Origin: Polyangiales bacterium
GTDB lineage: Bacteria > Myxococcota_A > Polyangia > Polyangiales > Polyangiaceae
Length of the DNA: 64,000 nucleotides
Assembly (NCBI GenBank): GCA_038231275.1
Contig: JBBRLQ010000032.1
Coordinates: 1 to 64,000, forward strand
Direction: 5' to 3'
A program made the translations under genes and the position numbers. The notes beneath the pieces are model-generated. The model was not told where the DNA came from, ran no database searches, and worked only from the letters and a program-made list of their open reading frames with translations. Positions 1-9,317 of this stretch are shown piece by piece; position 1 is the stretch's first letter; each line of letters starts with the position of its first letter.

Positions 1-726
1 CTCGTAGCCGCCTCCCGCGAGCATCACGATCGCGGGGCTCGTGCCCGCCATCAGACCGAGTGACCAGTCCTTCGTGCCCAGGTCGCCCGTCGTCCACAGG
101 CTGCTCGTGTTCGCTTGGAACGCCAGCTCGTGCTTCGTCGGTGTCGGCCCGCCGGAGATGCCGTTTCGGCGGATCGGGTGGTACGGGCGATCGTCGCCGG
201 CGAACCAGATCGTGTTGCCGCTGCGCGTGAAGCTCGTGACCTTCTCGCGCGCCACCTGGTTGCAGTCGAACTCTTCGAGGATGTCCGCGGCGCTGGGGCC
301 ACGGAAGTCCGAGAAGAGCTTGATGTGGCCGTTCGTGACGAGGGCGTCACCGGCGCGCAAATCGTCGATCGCGATCGTCGTCCACCCGTCGGGGCCGCCG
401 TGATCGTCGATGAACGTGTGCGTGTCGGGCTGCGAAGAGATCTTCCACACCCACGAGACGAAGCCCGAGCAGTCGGAGCGGTACGCGTCCCACGGACGCG
501 ACGGGCGCTGGCACGTGCCGCCGCAGATGATGTCGGCGCCGCCGTTTGGTCCCCCGCAGTACGGGACGCGGTCGGCGACCCACTGGCGCGCGCGCGTCAT
601 GACGTCATCGACGGTGATGCTCTGGTCCGTCGACGATGTGGCGTTTTCCTGTTCGGGCGCGCTCGAGCACGAGGCGGTGAGGGGGAGAAGAAAAAGAGAT
701 CCGAGGAGGATGGAGGTGGTTCGCAT
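1..726 (-). CDS. NlpC/P60-like cysteine peptidase lipoprotein with a C-terminal repeat domain (3' end runs off the window)
   Basis: Absent from the ORF track because no stop codon lies in the window. Manual translation from ATG 726: MRTTSILLGSLFLLPLTASC (lipobox) ... YRSDCSGFVSWVW ... LRAGDALVTNGHIKLF (Cys/His dyad) ... ELAFQANTSSLWTTGDLGTKDWSLGLMAGTSPAI. Confidence 0.75.
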   Translation of the reverse strand, partial: MRTTSILLGSLFLLPLTASCSSAPEQENATSSTDQSITVDDVMTRARQWVADRVPYCGGPNGGADIICGGTCQRPSRPWDAYRSDCSGFVSWVWKISSQPDTHTFIDDHGGPDGWTTIAIDDLRAGDALVTNGHIKLFSDFRGPSAADILEEFDCNQVAREKVTSFTRSGNTIWFAGDDRPYHPIRRNGISGGPTPTKHELAFQANTSSLWTTGDLGTKDWSLGLMAGTSPAIVMLAGGGYE

Positions 727-737
727 GCGCGTCCCTT

Positions 738-753
738 AGCGACCGCCGTTCCA
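738..753 (-). promoter_or_regulatory. Putative sigma54 -24/-12 promoter for the NlpC/P60 gene
   Basis: Minus strand TGGAACGGCGGTCGCT fits GG-N10-GC, 11 nt upstream of the ATG; an FHA-sigma54 activator is nearby. Confidence 0.55.
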
Positions 754-804
754 TCGCACGGGGCCCTACTTCCGCCGGACATTGCGGACGTTGCGCGCCT
801 TCTC

Positions 805-821
805 GTCAACGCGCCGTTGAC
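805..821. promoter_or_regulatory. Inverted repeat, candidate activator binding site
   Basis: GTCAACG-CGC-CGTTGAC, perfect 7-bp arms about 50 bp upstream of the sigma54 motif. Confidence 0.35.
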
Positions 822-849
822 TTCGACCGGTCGACGAGACCTCAGCGCC

Positions 850-2244
850 TCACAGGCACTCGGGCTTCACCCGCTGAATGCCGTTGTCGTCGACGGTGAA
901 CATCGGATTGCAGTTGGGACGCGTCCCTTTGCGTGTCGGCCCGAGCTTCGGGCGCCCCGTCGACACGCCTTTTACCGACGGAGACGCGCTTGCGACGCTC
1001 GCGGCGACGGGGGGTGCGGCGTCTTGAACCGAGACGGCGAGGAGGTCGCCGCCGGCGTCCGTTGGCGCGGCCGCGATGACGAGCGCGTGATCGGTGTTGG
1101 ACGCGGCGGGCGTCGCGCGCTTGCCCGCACGAAGCGCGAACGTGAGGACCGAGGCAGCGGTGAGCGCGAGGACGACGACGGGGAGGAGCCAGCGTGCGCG
1201 CGGCGGCTCGGCGGACGGCGGGCTCGAGACCTTGGTCGCCGTCAGCGTGTGGGTCTGCTCCGGCGCCGCGGTCTTCGCGGTGTTGGCCATCCCGGACTCG
1301 ACGCGCGCCACTTGCGCCGCCTGCTCGGCAAGGCTCTTGCCCGCCAGCGTGGTCACCCATCGGCCCACCGCGTCCGCATCGGCGACACCCGCGACTCCTG
1401 CGACCCCGCGCAGCGCGAGCGCCATCTCGCGGCACGACGCGAACCGCGCGGCCGGATCGCGTGAGAGTCCGCGCATCACGACATCGTCGAGCGCCGCGGG
1501 GATCTCCGGCGCGTACCGACTCGGTGCGACGACGACGCCTTCGAGGACCTTCGCGAGGATCGCCCCTTCGCTTCGGCCATCGAAGAGCTGCGATCCAGTG
1601 AGCAGCTCCCACACCACGACCGCCGCGGCGTACTGATCGGCGCGCGCGCCGACCTCCTCGTGTCGAACGTGCTCAGGCGCCATATAGGCGAGCTTGCCCT
1701 TGAGGTAGCCCTGCTGCGTGGTCTGGAGGCGGCCGGCTGCCTTCGCGATTCCGAAGTCGAGGACACGCGCCATGCCGTCGACCCCGACGAGGACGTTTTG
1801 CGGCGAGACGTCGCGGTGGACGATCGCCAGCGGCTGTCGGTGCTCGTCCGTCGCCTCGTGAATGGCCTGGAGGCCGCCGAGGACGTCGATCGCGACGGCG
1901 AGCGTCACCTCGACGGGGACGGGCGCGCCGATGGAACGGGCGAGCTCCATGAGCAGCGCGAGGGTTGCACCATGGACGTAGTCCATGACGAGGAGCAGCT
2001 CGCCGCCGTGCTCTACGACGTCCAGCGTCGCGACCGTGTGCGGATCACGGACGCGCGCGCTCAGGCGGGCCTCGTCGCGGAACATCTGGAGCGCGCCCGG
2101 CTCGGCCACGATGTGCGGGTGCATCCGCTTGATCGCGACGAGCCGCGCGAAGCCGGCGCCCCCCAAAATTTGCCCGAGGTGGACGGTCCCCATCCCCCCG
2201 GAGGCGATCGCCTCATGGAGTACGTACCGATCGATACGTATCAC
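850..2244 (-). CDS. Hanks-type Ser/Thr protein kinase with transmembrane segment
   Basis: IASGGMGTV, VAIK, HRDVSPQN, DFG, YMAPE; TM WLLPVVVLALTAASVLTFAL. Start reset to GTG 2244 because the track ORF 850..2925 overlaps the neighbouring gene. Confidence 0.93.
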   Translation of the reverse strand: MIRIDRYVLHEAIASGGMGTVHLGQILGGAGFARLVAIKRMHPHIVAEPGALQMFRDEARLSARVRDPHTVATLDVVEHGGELLLVMDYVHGATLALLMELARSIGAPVPVEVTLAVAIDVLGGLQAIHEATDEHRQPLAIVHRDVSPQNVLVGVDGMARVLDFGIAKAAGRLQTTQQGYLKGKLAYMAPEHVRHEEVGARADQYAAAVVVWELLTGSQLFDGRSEGAILAKVLEGVVVAPSRYAPEIPAALDDVVMRGLSRDPAARFASCREMALALRGVAGVAGVADADAVGRWVTTLAGKSLAEQAAQVARVESGMANTAKTAAPEQTHTLTATKVSSPPSAEPPRARWLLPVVVLALTAASVLTFALRAGKRATPAASNTDHALVIAAAPTDAGGDLLAVSVQDAAPPVAASVASASPSVKGVSTGRPKLGPTRKGTRPNCNPMFTVDDNGIQRVKPECL

Positions 2245-2307
2245 TCGCGGGATCCTAGCACGCGCTTCATCCTTGTCAGGGCGGAGCGGGCGGGGATACT
2301 GCAAGGC

Positions 2308-3648
2308 GTGAGCGCAGAGCGAGATACGGCGACGACGATCACGACGACGCGCCGGGACTTGGCGCACCTGCCCACGCTGCAGCTCGTCGCCATGCTGCCG
2401 CACGGTGGAGAGGTCGCATGCCCCCTCGGCCTGACGTCGGTGGTGGTCGGCACCGATCCCGAATGTGACCTCGTGCTCGACGATCGCGCGGTGTCGCGTC
2501 GGCACGCGCGGTTCACGCTCACCGAGCGCGGCGTCCTCGTTCGCGATCTCGACAGCAAGAACGGGACGTCGATCGGTGGCGTGGACGTCCGCGAGGGGTA
2601 CCTTGCGTCGACGAGCTTCGCGCGGATCGGGGGCGCGACGCTGCGTGTTCGCGTCGCGGGCACGCCTTCGGACGTTCCGCTGTGGACGGGCGCGAGCTTC
2701 GGCGCCGCGCTCGGCGGATCCATCGTGATGCGTGCCCTCTTCGCGCACCTTCATCGCGCCGCGCAGTCGTCCGAGACCATCCTCCTCACCGGCGAGTCGG
2801 GGACCGGGAAGGAGCTGCTCGCCCACGCCGTCCACGACGCGAGCCCACGTCGCGAAGGGCCGTTCGTCGTCTTCGACGCGGGCGCGGTGGCGCCGGCACT
2901 GGCGGAGAGCGAGCTGTTCGGTCATACGCGAGGCGCGTTCACCGGCGCCGACGCCGATCGCGCGGGGATCCTCGCGCAGGCCGACGGCGGCACGCTATTT
3001 TTGGACGAGATCGGCGAGCTGCCGCTGGACCTCCAGCCCAAGCTGCTTCGCGCGCTCGAGGCGCGACAATACCGCGCGGTTGGGTCGAACACGTGGCAGA
3101 CGTTCGACGCGCGCATCGTGGCGGCCACGCACCGGAACCTCCGCGCGGCGGCCGCGAGCGGGCAATTCCGGAGCGATCTCTATTACCGCCTCGCCGTCAT
3201 CGAAGCGCGCGTGCCTGCGCTGCGCGAGAGGAAGGAGGACGTGGAGCTCCTCGTCGAGCGATTCCTCGCCGCGGAGGATCCGCCGCGCACCCTCCTCGAC
3301 TTGCCCCCGGGCTCCGTCTCGCTCCTCACGGGACACGATTGGCCCGGCAACGTCCGCGAGCTCAAGAACGCGGTCGCGCGCCTCTCGGTGCTCCCTCACC
3401 TCGAGGGAGCCGTCGAGCACGCGGGCGTCGAAGGCGAGGTGCGCCGGGACTTCGACGGGCTCCTTCGCCTGCCGTGGCGAGACGCGCGCGAGCGGGTCGT
3501 CGATCGCTTCGAGGCAAGCTACCTCGCCGCGAAACTGCGCGAGCACCAGGGCAGCGCGGCGCGCGCGGCGGCGCAGATGGGGATCTCACGCCAGCTCGTT
3601 CATCGGTTGATGACGCGCCACGGCCTGCGCGCCCGCGACGGCAGCTGA
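2308..3648 (+). CDS. FHA-domain sigma54-dependent enhancer-binding protein (Fis-type HTH)
   Basis: FHA (VSRRHA, SKNGT), GESGTGKE, GAFTGA, LFLDEIG, WPGNVREL, C-terminal HTH; start GTG 2308. Confidence 0.95.
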   Translation: MSAERDTATTITTTRRDLAHLPTLQLVAMLPHGGEVACPLGLTSVVVGTDPECDLVLDDRAVSRRHARFTLTERGVLVRDLDSKNGTSIGGVDVREGYLASTSFARIGGATLRVRVAGTPSDVPLWTGASFGAALGGSIVMRALFAHLHRAAQSSETILLTGESGTGKELLAHAVHDASPRREGPFVVFDAGAVAPALAESELFGHTRGAFTGADADRAGILAQADGGTLFLDEIGELPLDLQPKLLRALEARQYRAVGSNTWQTFDARIVAATHRNLRAAAASGQFRSDLYYRLAVIEARVPALRERKEDVELLVERFLAAEDPPRTLLDLPPGSVSLLTGHDWPGNVRELKNAVARLSVLPHLEGAVEHAGVEGEVRRDFDGLLRLPWRDARERVVDRFEASYLAAKLREHQGSAARAAAQMGISRQLVHRLMTRHGLRARDGS

Positions 3649-3659
3649 CGGACGCGTTC

Positions 3660-4499
3660 TCACGGCAAGTCCCATCCGAGCGCGATCGAGCGTGGGCCGA
3701 TCGTCAACGTCGGCGACGCCGCGGAGGAGCTGCGTGCGCGCGGCCACAGCACGACGCCGATTCCCACCGCGACGACGCCCGCCGCGCCGATCCCCGCCGC
3801 CGTCCACCATAGCGTGCGGATGGCGTCGACCCGCGACGGGTCGCAGGTAGGCGCGCACGACGAATGGAGCGACGAGCGATTCACATGCCCGACGACGCCG
3901 AGGATCCCTGCGGCGAGGAGCGCCGCCGCGCCGATACCGCCGAGCACGTACGAGGGCGTCGCGGACGAGGGCTCCGGCGTCGGCAACGCGCGCGGCGGTG
4001 GGGGGGCGGTGGCGCGCAGCGTGAGGACCACGGAGATCGGATGCTCGCGCTCGCCCGCGTGAACCTCCACGCGTCGCTCGACGGGCTCGTAGCCGCCCGC
4101 TTCCACGCGAAACGCACGGAGGCCCGGCTCGATCGCGATCGCGCCGTCCCCGCGCGCGCGGACCTCTGCGCCGTCCACCGTGACACGAAGCTGCGGCACG
4201 CGGCGCCCGGTCGCGTCGCGCGCGTCGACACGCACGGTGGGCGTCAGCGCCTCGAGCTCGTGGAGCCATTTCGCGCAATCGGCGACGAGCGCCTCGGGGC
4301 ACGTGCTGCCGCAGATGAGCAACTGGTTGCGTGCGGCCTCGAGGTGCTCCTCGCGCCTCAGAACCTGCGCGGCCTCGTACGACGCGCGGCAGCGGGCGAC
4401 GTTCTCCTCGGACGTCTTTGCCGCTGTGGCGGGACCCGCGGCGAGGCCGGCGACGAGCATCGCCCCCCATGAAACCGCCCGCCTCACCTCATTCCGCAT
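3660..4499 (-). CDS. Exported/membrane hypothetical protein (helical domain, PEGA-like domain, C-terminal hydrophobic segments)
   Basis: Signal peptide, paired Cys, VTVDG...IEPGLRAFRVEAGGY PEGA-like strands; this architecture commonly sits next to myxobacterial kinases. Confidence 0.7.
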   Translation of the reverse strand: MRNEVRRAVSWGAMLVAGLAAGPATAAKTSEENVARCRASYEAAQVLRREEHLEAARNQLLICGSTCPEALVADCAKWLHELEALTPTVRVDARDATGRRVPQLRVTVDGAEVRARGDGAIAIEPGLRAFRVEAGGYEPVERRVEVHAGEREHPISVVLTLRATAPPPPRALPTPEPSSATPSYVLGGIGAAALLAAGILGVVGHVNRSSLHSSCAPTCDPSRVDAIRTLWWTAAGIGAAGVVAVGIGVVLWPRARSSSAASPTLTIGPRSIALGWDLP

Positions 4500-4531
4500 G
4501 CGAGCCCCAAGCGTACGCCATCCGAGGCGCT

Positions 4532-4600
4532 ACTCGATCAGGAGCGCTTCGCTCCACTCGATCAGGAGCGTTTCGCTCCGCTGCGCTTCGCTCCACTCGC
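4532..4600. repeat. REP-like tandem palindromic repeat
   Basis: ACTCGATCAGGAGCG(C/T)TTCGCTCC x2 (4532-4555, 4556-4579) plus a partial third copy; each full unit has a GGAGCG-NNN-CGCTCC hairpin. Confidence 0.7.
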
Positions 4601-5155
4601 TCAGTCGCAGTACGCAAGGCCCGCGTCCCCGGGATCTTGGTCGAGCGCCGTGGGCGTCGTCAGGTAGTACGCGGGAGTCAGCCCTCGGATGGGCTGCGTT
4701 TTCGAGTCGACGCCGACGGTTCGGTACCAGGTGTTGGTGCCTCCCTTGTGCTGCACGCCGGAGTCGAGCCAGCAATCGAAGACGCCGTTCCTAAAGGGCA
4801 CCGTTCCGATCGGATTGCCCACCTCGGCCGGCGTCAGGTAAAGCGGACCGCCTATGGTGGTCGGGCAGTAGAGCTGGTGATCCTCGTACACGGCGCACTC
4901 GAGCGCGCCGTCGGGCAGGTACCGGAGGTGCACTCCGGAGTCCGATTGCGCGCCGGTGTCGCCGGGCGACACGACGTCCGGCGTCACGCCCACGTCGGCC
5001 ACCGCATCGTTGGTGGCGTCGATTCCGGTGTCCGGCGCGGCGCCGTCAAGCACCCCGGCGAGGCCGTTGCTCAGGTCTTCGAGCCCGCACTGCGCGAGAA
5101 CGAGCAGCGCGCACGCCGCCGCCGCTGCTCCGATCCGCCGTGCCGCCGAGCTCAT
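4601..5155 (-). CDS. Hypothetical lipoprotein
   Basis: LLVLAQC lipobox-like motif, Asp/Ala-rich linker, small Cys-containing C-terminal domain; TATGCT 6 nt upstream of ATG 5155. Confidence 0.7.
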   Translation of the reverse strand: MSSAARRIGAAAAACALLVLAQCGLEDLSNGLAGVLDGAAPDTGIDATNDAVADVGVTPDVVSPGDTGAQSDSGVHLRYLPDGALECAVYEDHQLYCPTTIGGPLYLTPAEVGNPIGTVPFRNGVFDCWLDSGVQHKGGTNTWYRTVGVDSKTQPIRGLTPAYYLTTPTALDQDPGDAGLAYCD

Positions 5156-5240
5156 CTCCGAAGCATAAAGCACGAAACGCGCCCGTCACGCTCCGGAAGG
5201 CGCGCAGTCTCCACTCTTCAGGTTCGATCGGTCAGAGAAA

Positions 5241-6596
5241 TCACAGGTGCGCCGAGATACCGAGATCCGCTCGGATGATCTGGTCGTGCGCAGCGCTCGC
5301 GATGTACGGATCACCCGCCGCCGGCGCGAACAAGAAGATGAAGCGACGAGCCGCGAGCCCGCCACGAACCTCGAAGGTGGACCCGATCGGCACCGCCAGC
5401 GCGAGATCGGCCTCCCATCCGAGGACCGACGGGTTCCGGAACTTCCCGGCGAGATCGCCCGAGCTGAGAACCGCCAGGTAGCCTCCACCGGCGAGCACGG
5501 CGACCGGACCGATCGGCACGCGGAGGTCGACGCGGGGACGTAGGACCCCGTACGCGACCGACGGCGTATCGAGCGGCTCGGCGGGTGGGGTCGACGCGCT
5601 GAAGTGAATCGACTCCTGGCCGTAGGTCACCGAAGCCGCGAGCATCGGCGCTCTCCAGTCGCGCCGGAGCCAAACCCGGTACTTGAGGCCCGCGTTGAAA
5701 CGCGTCCACGAAACCGACGCCTTCGTTCCGTCGTCGAGCTTCTTTGCCCCCACGATCCCGAGCTTGAAGTCGCCCGTGATGCCGATGTCCTGCATGACCA
5801 GGATGCCGCTTCGCGCGAGCGGAAAGACATCCGCCGCGATCGCGGGCGTCGGTGCGAGACCCGAATTGTCGGAGCGAATGTTCTTGGTGACGACATCTTG
5901 ATAGCTCAGACTTCGGTTCGCGAGCTCCATCGCCACGGTGGCCACGAGCAACGGCGGTGGCTCCGGTCCCGTCTTCTCCTGAGGCTTGGCGCTGGGCGGC
6001 GCGTCCGGCGCGGGCTTCGGCGCCTCCGGCGAGGGATCGGCCGCGCTGGGTGGAGCCGCGATCTCCGGTCTCGGCGCCGCTTCCTCCTTCGGCAGTAGCG
6101 CGGCGAGCTCGGCAGAGAATCGTCGAGCAACGAGCGCCGCGTTCTCGGTGGCCGCCCCTAGTGTCACCGGCGCGTCGACCAGTGTCGCGCCGGCCGACGA
6201 GATCAAGACGACTCGGCCCTCCCGATTCTTGCGGATTTGGACGACGACGGCCGCCTTTGCACCGACGTCCACGGCAACCTGCGCGAGCTTCTGGAGGTAC
6301 GGCCCTTTCGTCTTCGGGCCGTCGAGCGCCTTGAGGCTCTCGGGCAAGTTGCGCTTCTTCGCCGCGGCTCCGACGGCCTCGGCCTCGGCACGCGTCCACG
6401 GCTGCGGCAGCTCGGCGCCGATCGCGGCCGCCGCCTCGTCTCCTCCACCACTCCGATCGACGACGATCACCACCGTCGGCGCGCCACCCTTGGCGTCCTT
6501 CGCCCACGCCGCGGCCTCGCCCAACATTGCGAGGAGCGCGAGGACGGAAGCCGTCAAGAAGAAGCGGGCGAGGAATCGATCGGTGGCGCTCACCAT
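5241..6596 (-). CDS. Exported protein with Pro-rich linker and probable C-terminal outer-membrane beta-barrel
   Basis: Signal peptide (AAAWA-KD), Pro/Ala linker, alternating amphipathic strands ending IRADLGISAHL. Confidence 0.7.
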   Translation of the reverse strand: MVSATDRFLARFFLTASVLALLAMLGEAAAWAKDAKGGAPTVVIVVDRSGGGDEAAAAIGAELPQPWTRAEAEAVGAAAKKRNLPESLKALDGPKTKGPYLQKLAQVAVDVGAKAAVVVQIRKNREGRVVLISSAGATLVDAPVTLGAATENAALVARRFSAELAALLPKEEAAPRPEIAAPPSAADPSPEAPKPAPDAPPSAKPQEKTGPEPPPLLVATVAMELANRSLSYQDVVTKNIRSDNSGLAPTPAIAADVFPLARSGILVMQDIGITGDFKLGIVGAKKLDDGTKASVSWTRFNAGLKYRVWLRRDWRAPMLAASVTYGQESIHFSASTPPAEPLDTPSVAYGVLRPRVDLRVPIGPVAVLAGGGYLAVLSSGDLAGKFRNPSVLGWEADLALAVPIGSTFEVRGGLAARRFIFLFAPAAGDPYIASAAHDQIIRADLGISAHL

Positions 6597-6626
6597 GGTC
6601 CGAGCTTATCGTCTCCGCAGAGCCGC

Positions 6627-7877
6627 ATGCCGACTCGCCGTTCCTTTCTCGGTGCCCTCGGGGTCTTCTCCGCCTTCGCGGCGCTTCCGGCCTGCGAGGC
6701 GACGCTCGGCCAGCCGTCGCGCTCGGCGCTTCCTCGCTACGCGCCGCTTCCACCGCTCGGAGACGACGTGTTTCGTCGCCGCCAAGACCGGGCGCGCACG
6801 CTCGTGCGAGATGCGGGGGCGGAGGTCGCGTTCGTGACGAGCGGCACGACGACGTTCGCGTACCTCGCCGGCGCACGCGTCGAGCGGAGCGAGCGGCTCA
6901 TCGCGCTGCTCTTGCCCGTCGACGGCGATCCAGTGCTGGTCGGCCCTGCGTTCGAGCTCGAACGCCTTCGCCGCCAGACCCGCGTCCGCGACCTCCGCGG
7001 CTGGGAAGAGCAGGAGAGCCCGTACGGCGTCGTCAAAGACGCGCTAGGCGCGGCCCGTACCAAGGCCAGCGTCCTCGTCGAGCCCCACACCGAATACCTC
7101 ACGACCGTCGCCCTCGCGCGCGCGATGCCCGAGGCCACGCTGAAGGACGGCACCGCCGCGTTCGCGCGCCTCCGCGTGATCAAAGACGACGACGAGCTCG
7201 CGCGCATCCGTCGCGCCATCGCGATCACCCACGACGTGTTCGACGCCGCCTTCGCATCGCTCCGTCTCGGCGTTCGCGACCTGGAGGTGTCCGAGTCGAT
7301 CGCCGACGAGTTCCGTCGCGCCGGCGTCGACGGCTACGCTCTCGTGCAGTTTGGGCCGATGAGCGCGCTCCCGCACGGAAGGCCGCGCGGCGACGCCCTC
7401 GGCAAAGGCATGGTCGTCCTCGTCGACGGCGGCTGCGTGGTGGACGGCTACTGGTCGGACGTCACGCGCACGCGCTTCTTCGAGGGCGATCCGCCCGCCG
7501 ACTTCGTGAAGATCTACGAGACCGTCCACGACGCGCAGACGGCCGCCATCGATCGCGTTCGCCCCGGCGTGGCCGCCCAAGAGATCGATCGCGCCGCGCG
7601 CGAGGTGATCCGCAAGGCGGGGTACGCCGCGTACTTCACGCACCGCACGGGGCACGGCATGGGCATGGACGGCCACGAAGCGGCGTACATGGTCGAGGGA
7701 AACACCGAGCCGCTCCAGCCGGGTTTCGTGTTCTCCGTCGAACCAGGCATCTACCTGCCCGAGCACTTCGGCGTGCGTATCGAGGACGACGTCACGTGCG
7801 GTCCGAGCGGCGCGATCGTGCTCTCACGTCGCGCGGACCGGCGCGACGGCGCGCGCGGCTTGCGCGTTCACGGGTGA
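6627..7877 (+). CDS. Xaa-Pro peptidase family (M24B), Tat-exported lipoprotein
   Basis: MPTRRSFLG twin-arginine signal and LPAC lipobox; SDVTRT, HRTGHGMGMDGHE, VEPGIY, GVRIEDD. Confidence 0.92.
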   Translation: MPTRRSFLGALGVFSAFAALPACEATLGQPSRSALPRYAPLPPLGDDVFRRRQDRARTLVRDAGAEVAFVTSGTTTFAYLAGARVERSERLIALLLPVDGDPVLVGPAFELERLRRQTRVRDLRGWEEQESPYGVVKDALGAARTKASVLVEPHTEYLTTVALARAMPEATLKDGTAAFARLRVIKDDDELARIRRAIAITHDVFDAAFASLRLGVRDLEVSESIADEFRRAGVDGYALVQFGPMSALPHGRPRGDALGKGMVVLVDGGCVVDGYWSDVTRTRFFEGDPPADFVKIYETVHDAQTAAIDRVRPGVAAQEIDRAAREVIRKAGYAAYFTHRTGHGMGMDGHEAAYMVEGNTEPLQPGFVFSVEPGIYLPEHFGVRIEDDVTCGPSGAIVLSRRADRRDGARGLRVHG

Positions 7878-7890
7878 AAACGGACCGACG

Positions 7891-9276
7891 TCAGTGTCGG
7901 TCCTTGTAATCGCGGGGCTCGATGCCGTGCCGCTCGGTCCACCGGTAGATCTGGTTGCGATCCTTGCCGAAGAACTCGGCCACGCGGGCGACGTTTCCCT
8001 GAAAATGCTGGAGGACCCGTTGCAGGCCGTCGGCGGTCGGGACTTGATCGCGAGGGACCAACGCCTCGATCGGCGGCGCGCTCGCCGTCTGCGGCGACGG
8101 CGGGTGCGGCGGGAGGCGAGACGTCAGCTCGGTCGGCAGGTGCTCGCTCCGCAGCGTCTCGCTCTTCCCCGCGCGCACGACGGCGACGGTGAGGACCTGC
8201 TCGAGTTCGCGGACGTTTCGTGGCCAGTCGTACAAGAGGAGGGCGTGCGCCGCGCTCGGAGAGAGCTTGCCGGTGTGCTCGAGTCGCTCGAGCACGCCAC
8301 GCGTGAGCCGCAAGATGTCGTCGCGACGCTCGCGCAGCGGCGGGACGCGGAGGGTCCATCCGGCAACGCGCGCGAAGAGATCGGCGCGAAAGGACGAGGC
8401 CGCGCCTGTCTCCGGTGAGATGTCGCGGTGGGTCGCGGCGACGACGCGCACGTCCACCAGAATCGCGCTCGCTTTGCCGATCGATCGGACCTCGCCCGCG
8501 GAGAGCGCGCGCAGGAGTTTGGGCTGGACCGCAGGAGGCAGCTCCCCGATCTCGTCGAGGAAGAGCGTGCCCTTGTCGGCGGCGACGAACACGCCCTCGC
8601 TCTTGTGTACTGCGCCCGTGAATGCGCCGGCGGCGTGACCGAACAGCTCGCTCTCCGCGAGGTTCTCGGGGATGGCGGCGCAGTTCACGGGCACCCACTC
8701 GCCGGTCCGCCCGCTCAAGCGATGGAGCTCCTCCGCCGCCCGCTCCTTGCCGGTGCCGGTCTCGCCGAGGATGAGCACCGAGATGGGCTGCGCGGCGACC
8801 ATCGCGATCTCGCCGCGAAGCTTCTGCATCGCGAGGCTCGTACCGCGCAGGCGCGCGGTCTCCGGCTCGAGCCGATCGTCGCCGCGAAGGACGGTGTCGC
8901 TCATGACGAGCAGCGTGCGGCCGATGCGGACGACGGTGCCTTGCGCGAGGTGCGCACGAGCGACGCGCTTGCCGTCGACAAGGGTGCCATTTCGGCTGTT
9001 TTTATCCTCGATCCAGAACGTGTCCGCCGCCGCGTCGTAGGTCACGGTCGCGTGGGAGCGCGAGGCCTCGCTGTCCTCGAGCGAGAAGACGCTGGCCCCC
9101 TCCGGCTCGCGCCCGACGACGACCGACGCGTCGCCCAGCGTGAGCAGCGGCGCGGGACCGCCCAACGGCGCGTACACCACGACGAGCTGGCGTACGCGAA
9201 CGGGGCCGCGGCCGTCGCTCGAGCCCTCGCTCGTCGTCGGACCGGCCGACGTCTCTCCTTCGGACGGGTGTGGCAT
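7891..9276 (-). CDS. FHA-domain sigma54-dependent enhancer-binding protein
   Basis: FHA (VGRE, SRSHA, SRNGT), GETGTGKE, GAFTGA, LFLDEIG, WPRNVREL, HTH. Confidence 0.95.
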   Translation of the reverse strand: MPHPSEGETSAGPTTSEGSSDGRGPVRVRQLVVVYAPLGGPAPLLTLGDASVVVGREPEGASVFSLEDSEASRSHATVTYDAAADTFWIEDKNSRNGTLVDGKRVARAHLAQGTVVRIGRTLLVMSDTVLRGDDRLEPETARLRGTSLAMQKLRGEIAMVAAQPISVLILGETGTGKERAAEELHRLSGRTGEWVPVNCAAIPENLAESELFGHAAGAFTGAVHKSEGVFVAADKGTLFLDEIGELPPAVQPKLLRALSAGEVRSIGKASAILVDVRVVAATHRDISPETGAASSFRADLFARVAGWTLRVPPLRERRDDILRLTRGVLERLEHTGKLSPSAAHALLLYDWPRNVRELEQVLTVAVVRAGKSETLRSEHLPTELTSRLPPHPPSPQTASAPPIEALVPRDQVPTADGLQRVLQHFQGNVARVAEFFGKDRNQIYRWTERHGIEPRDYKDRH

Positions 9277-9317
9277 GCGCCCTCGCGCAGAGTAGCATCC
9301 GTCCGCCGGAGGATGGG

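Noticed and set aside
4532..4600. Possible mini CRISPR array
   Set aside because: Units are contiguous with no spacers, fewer than three full copies, and no cas genes
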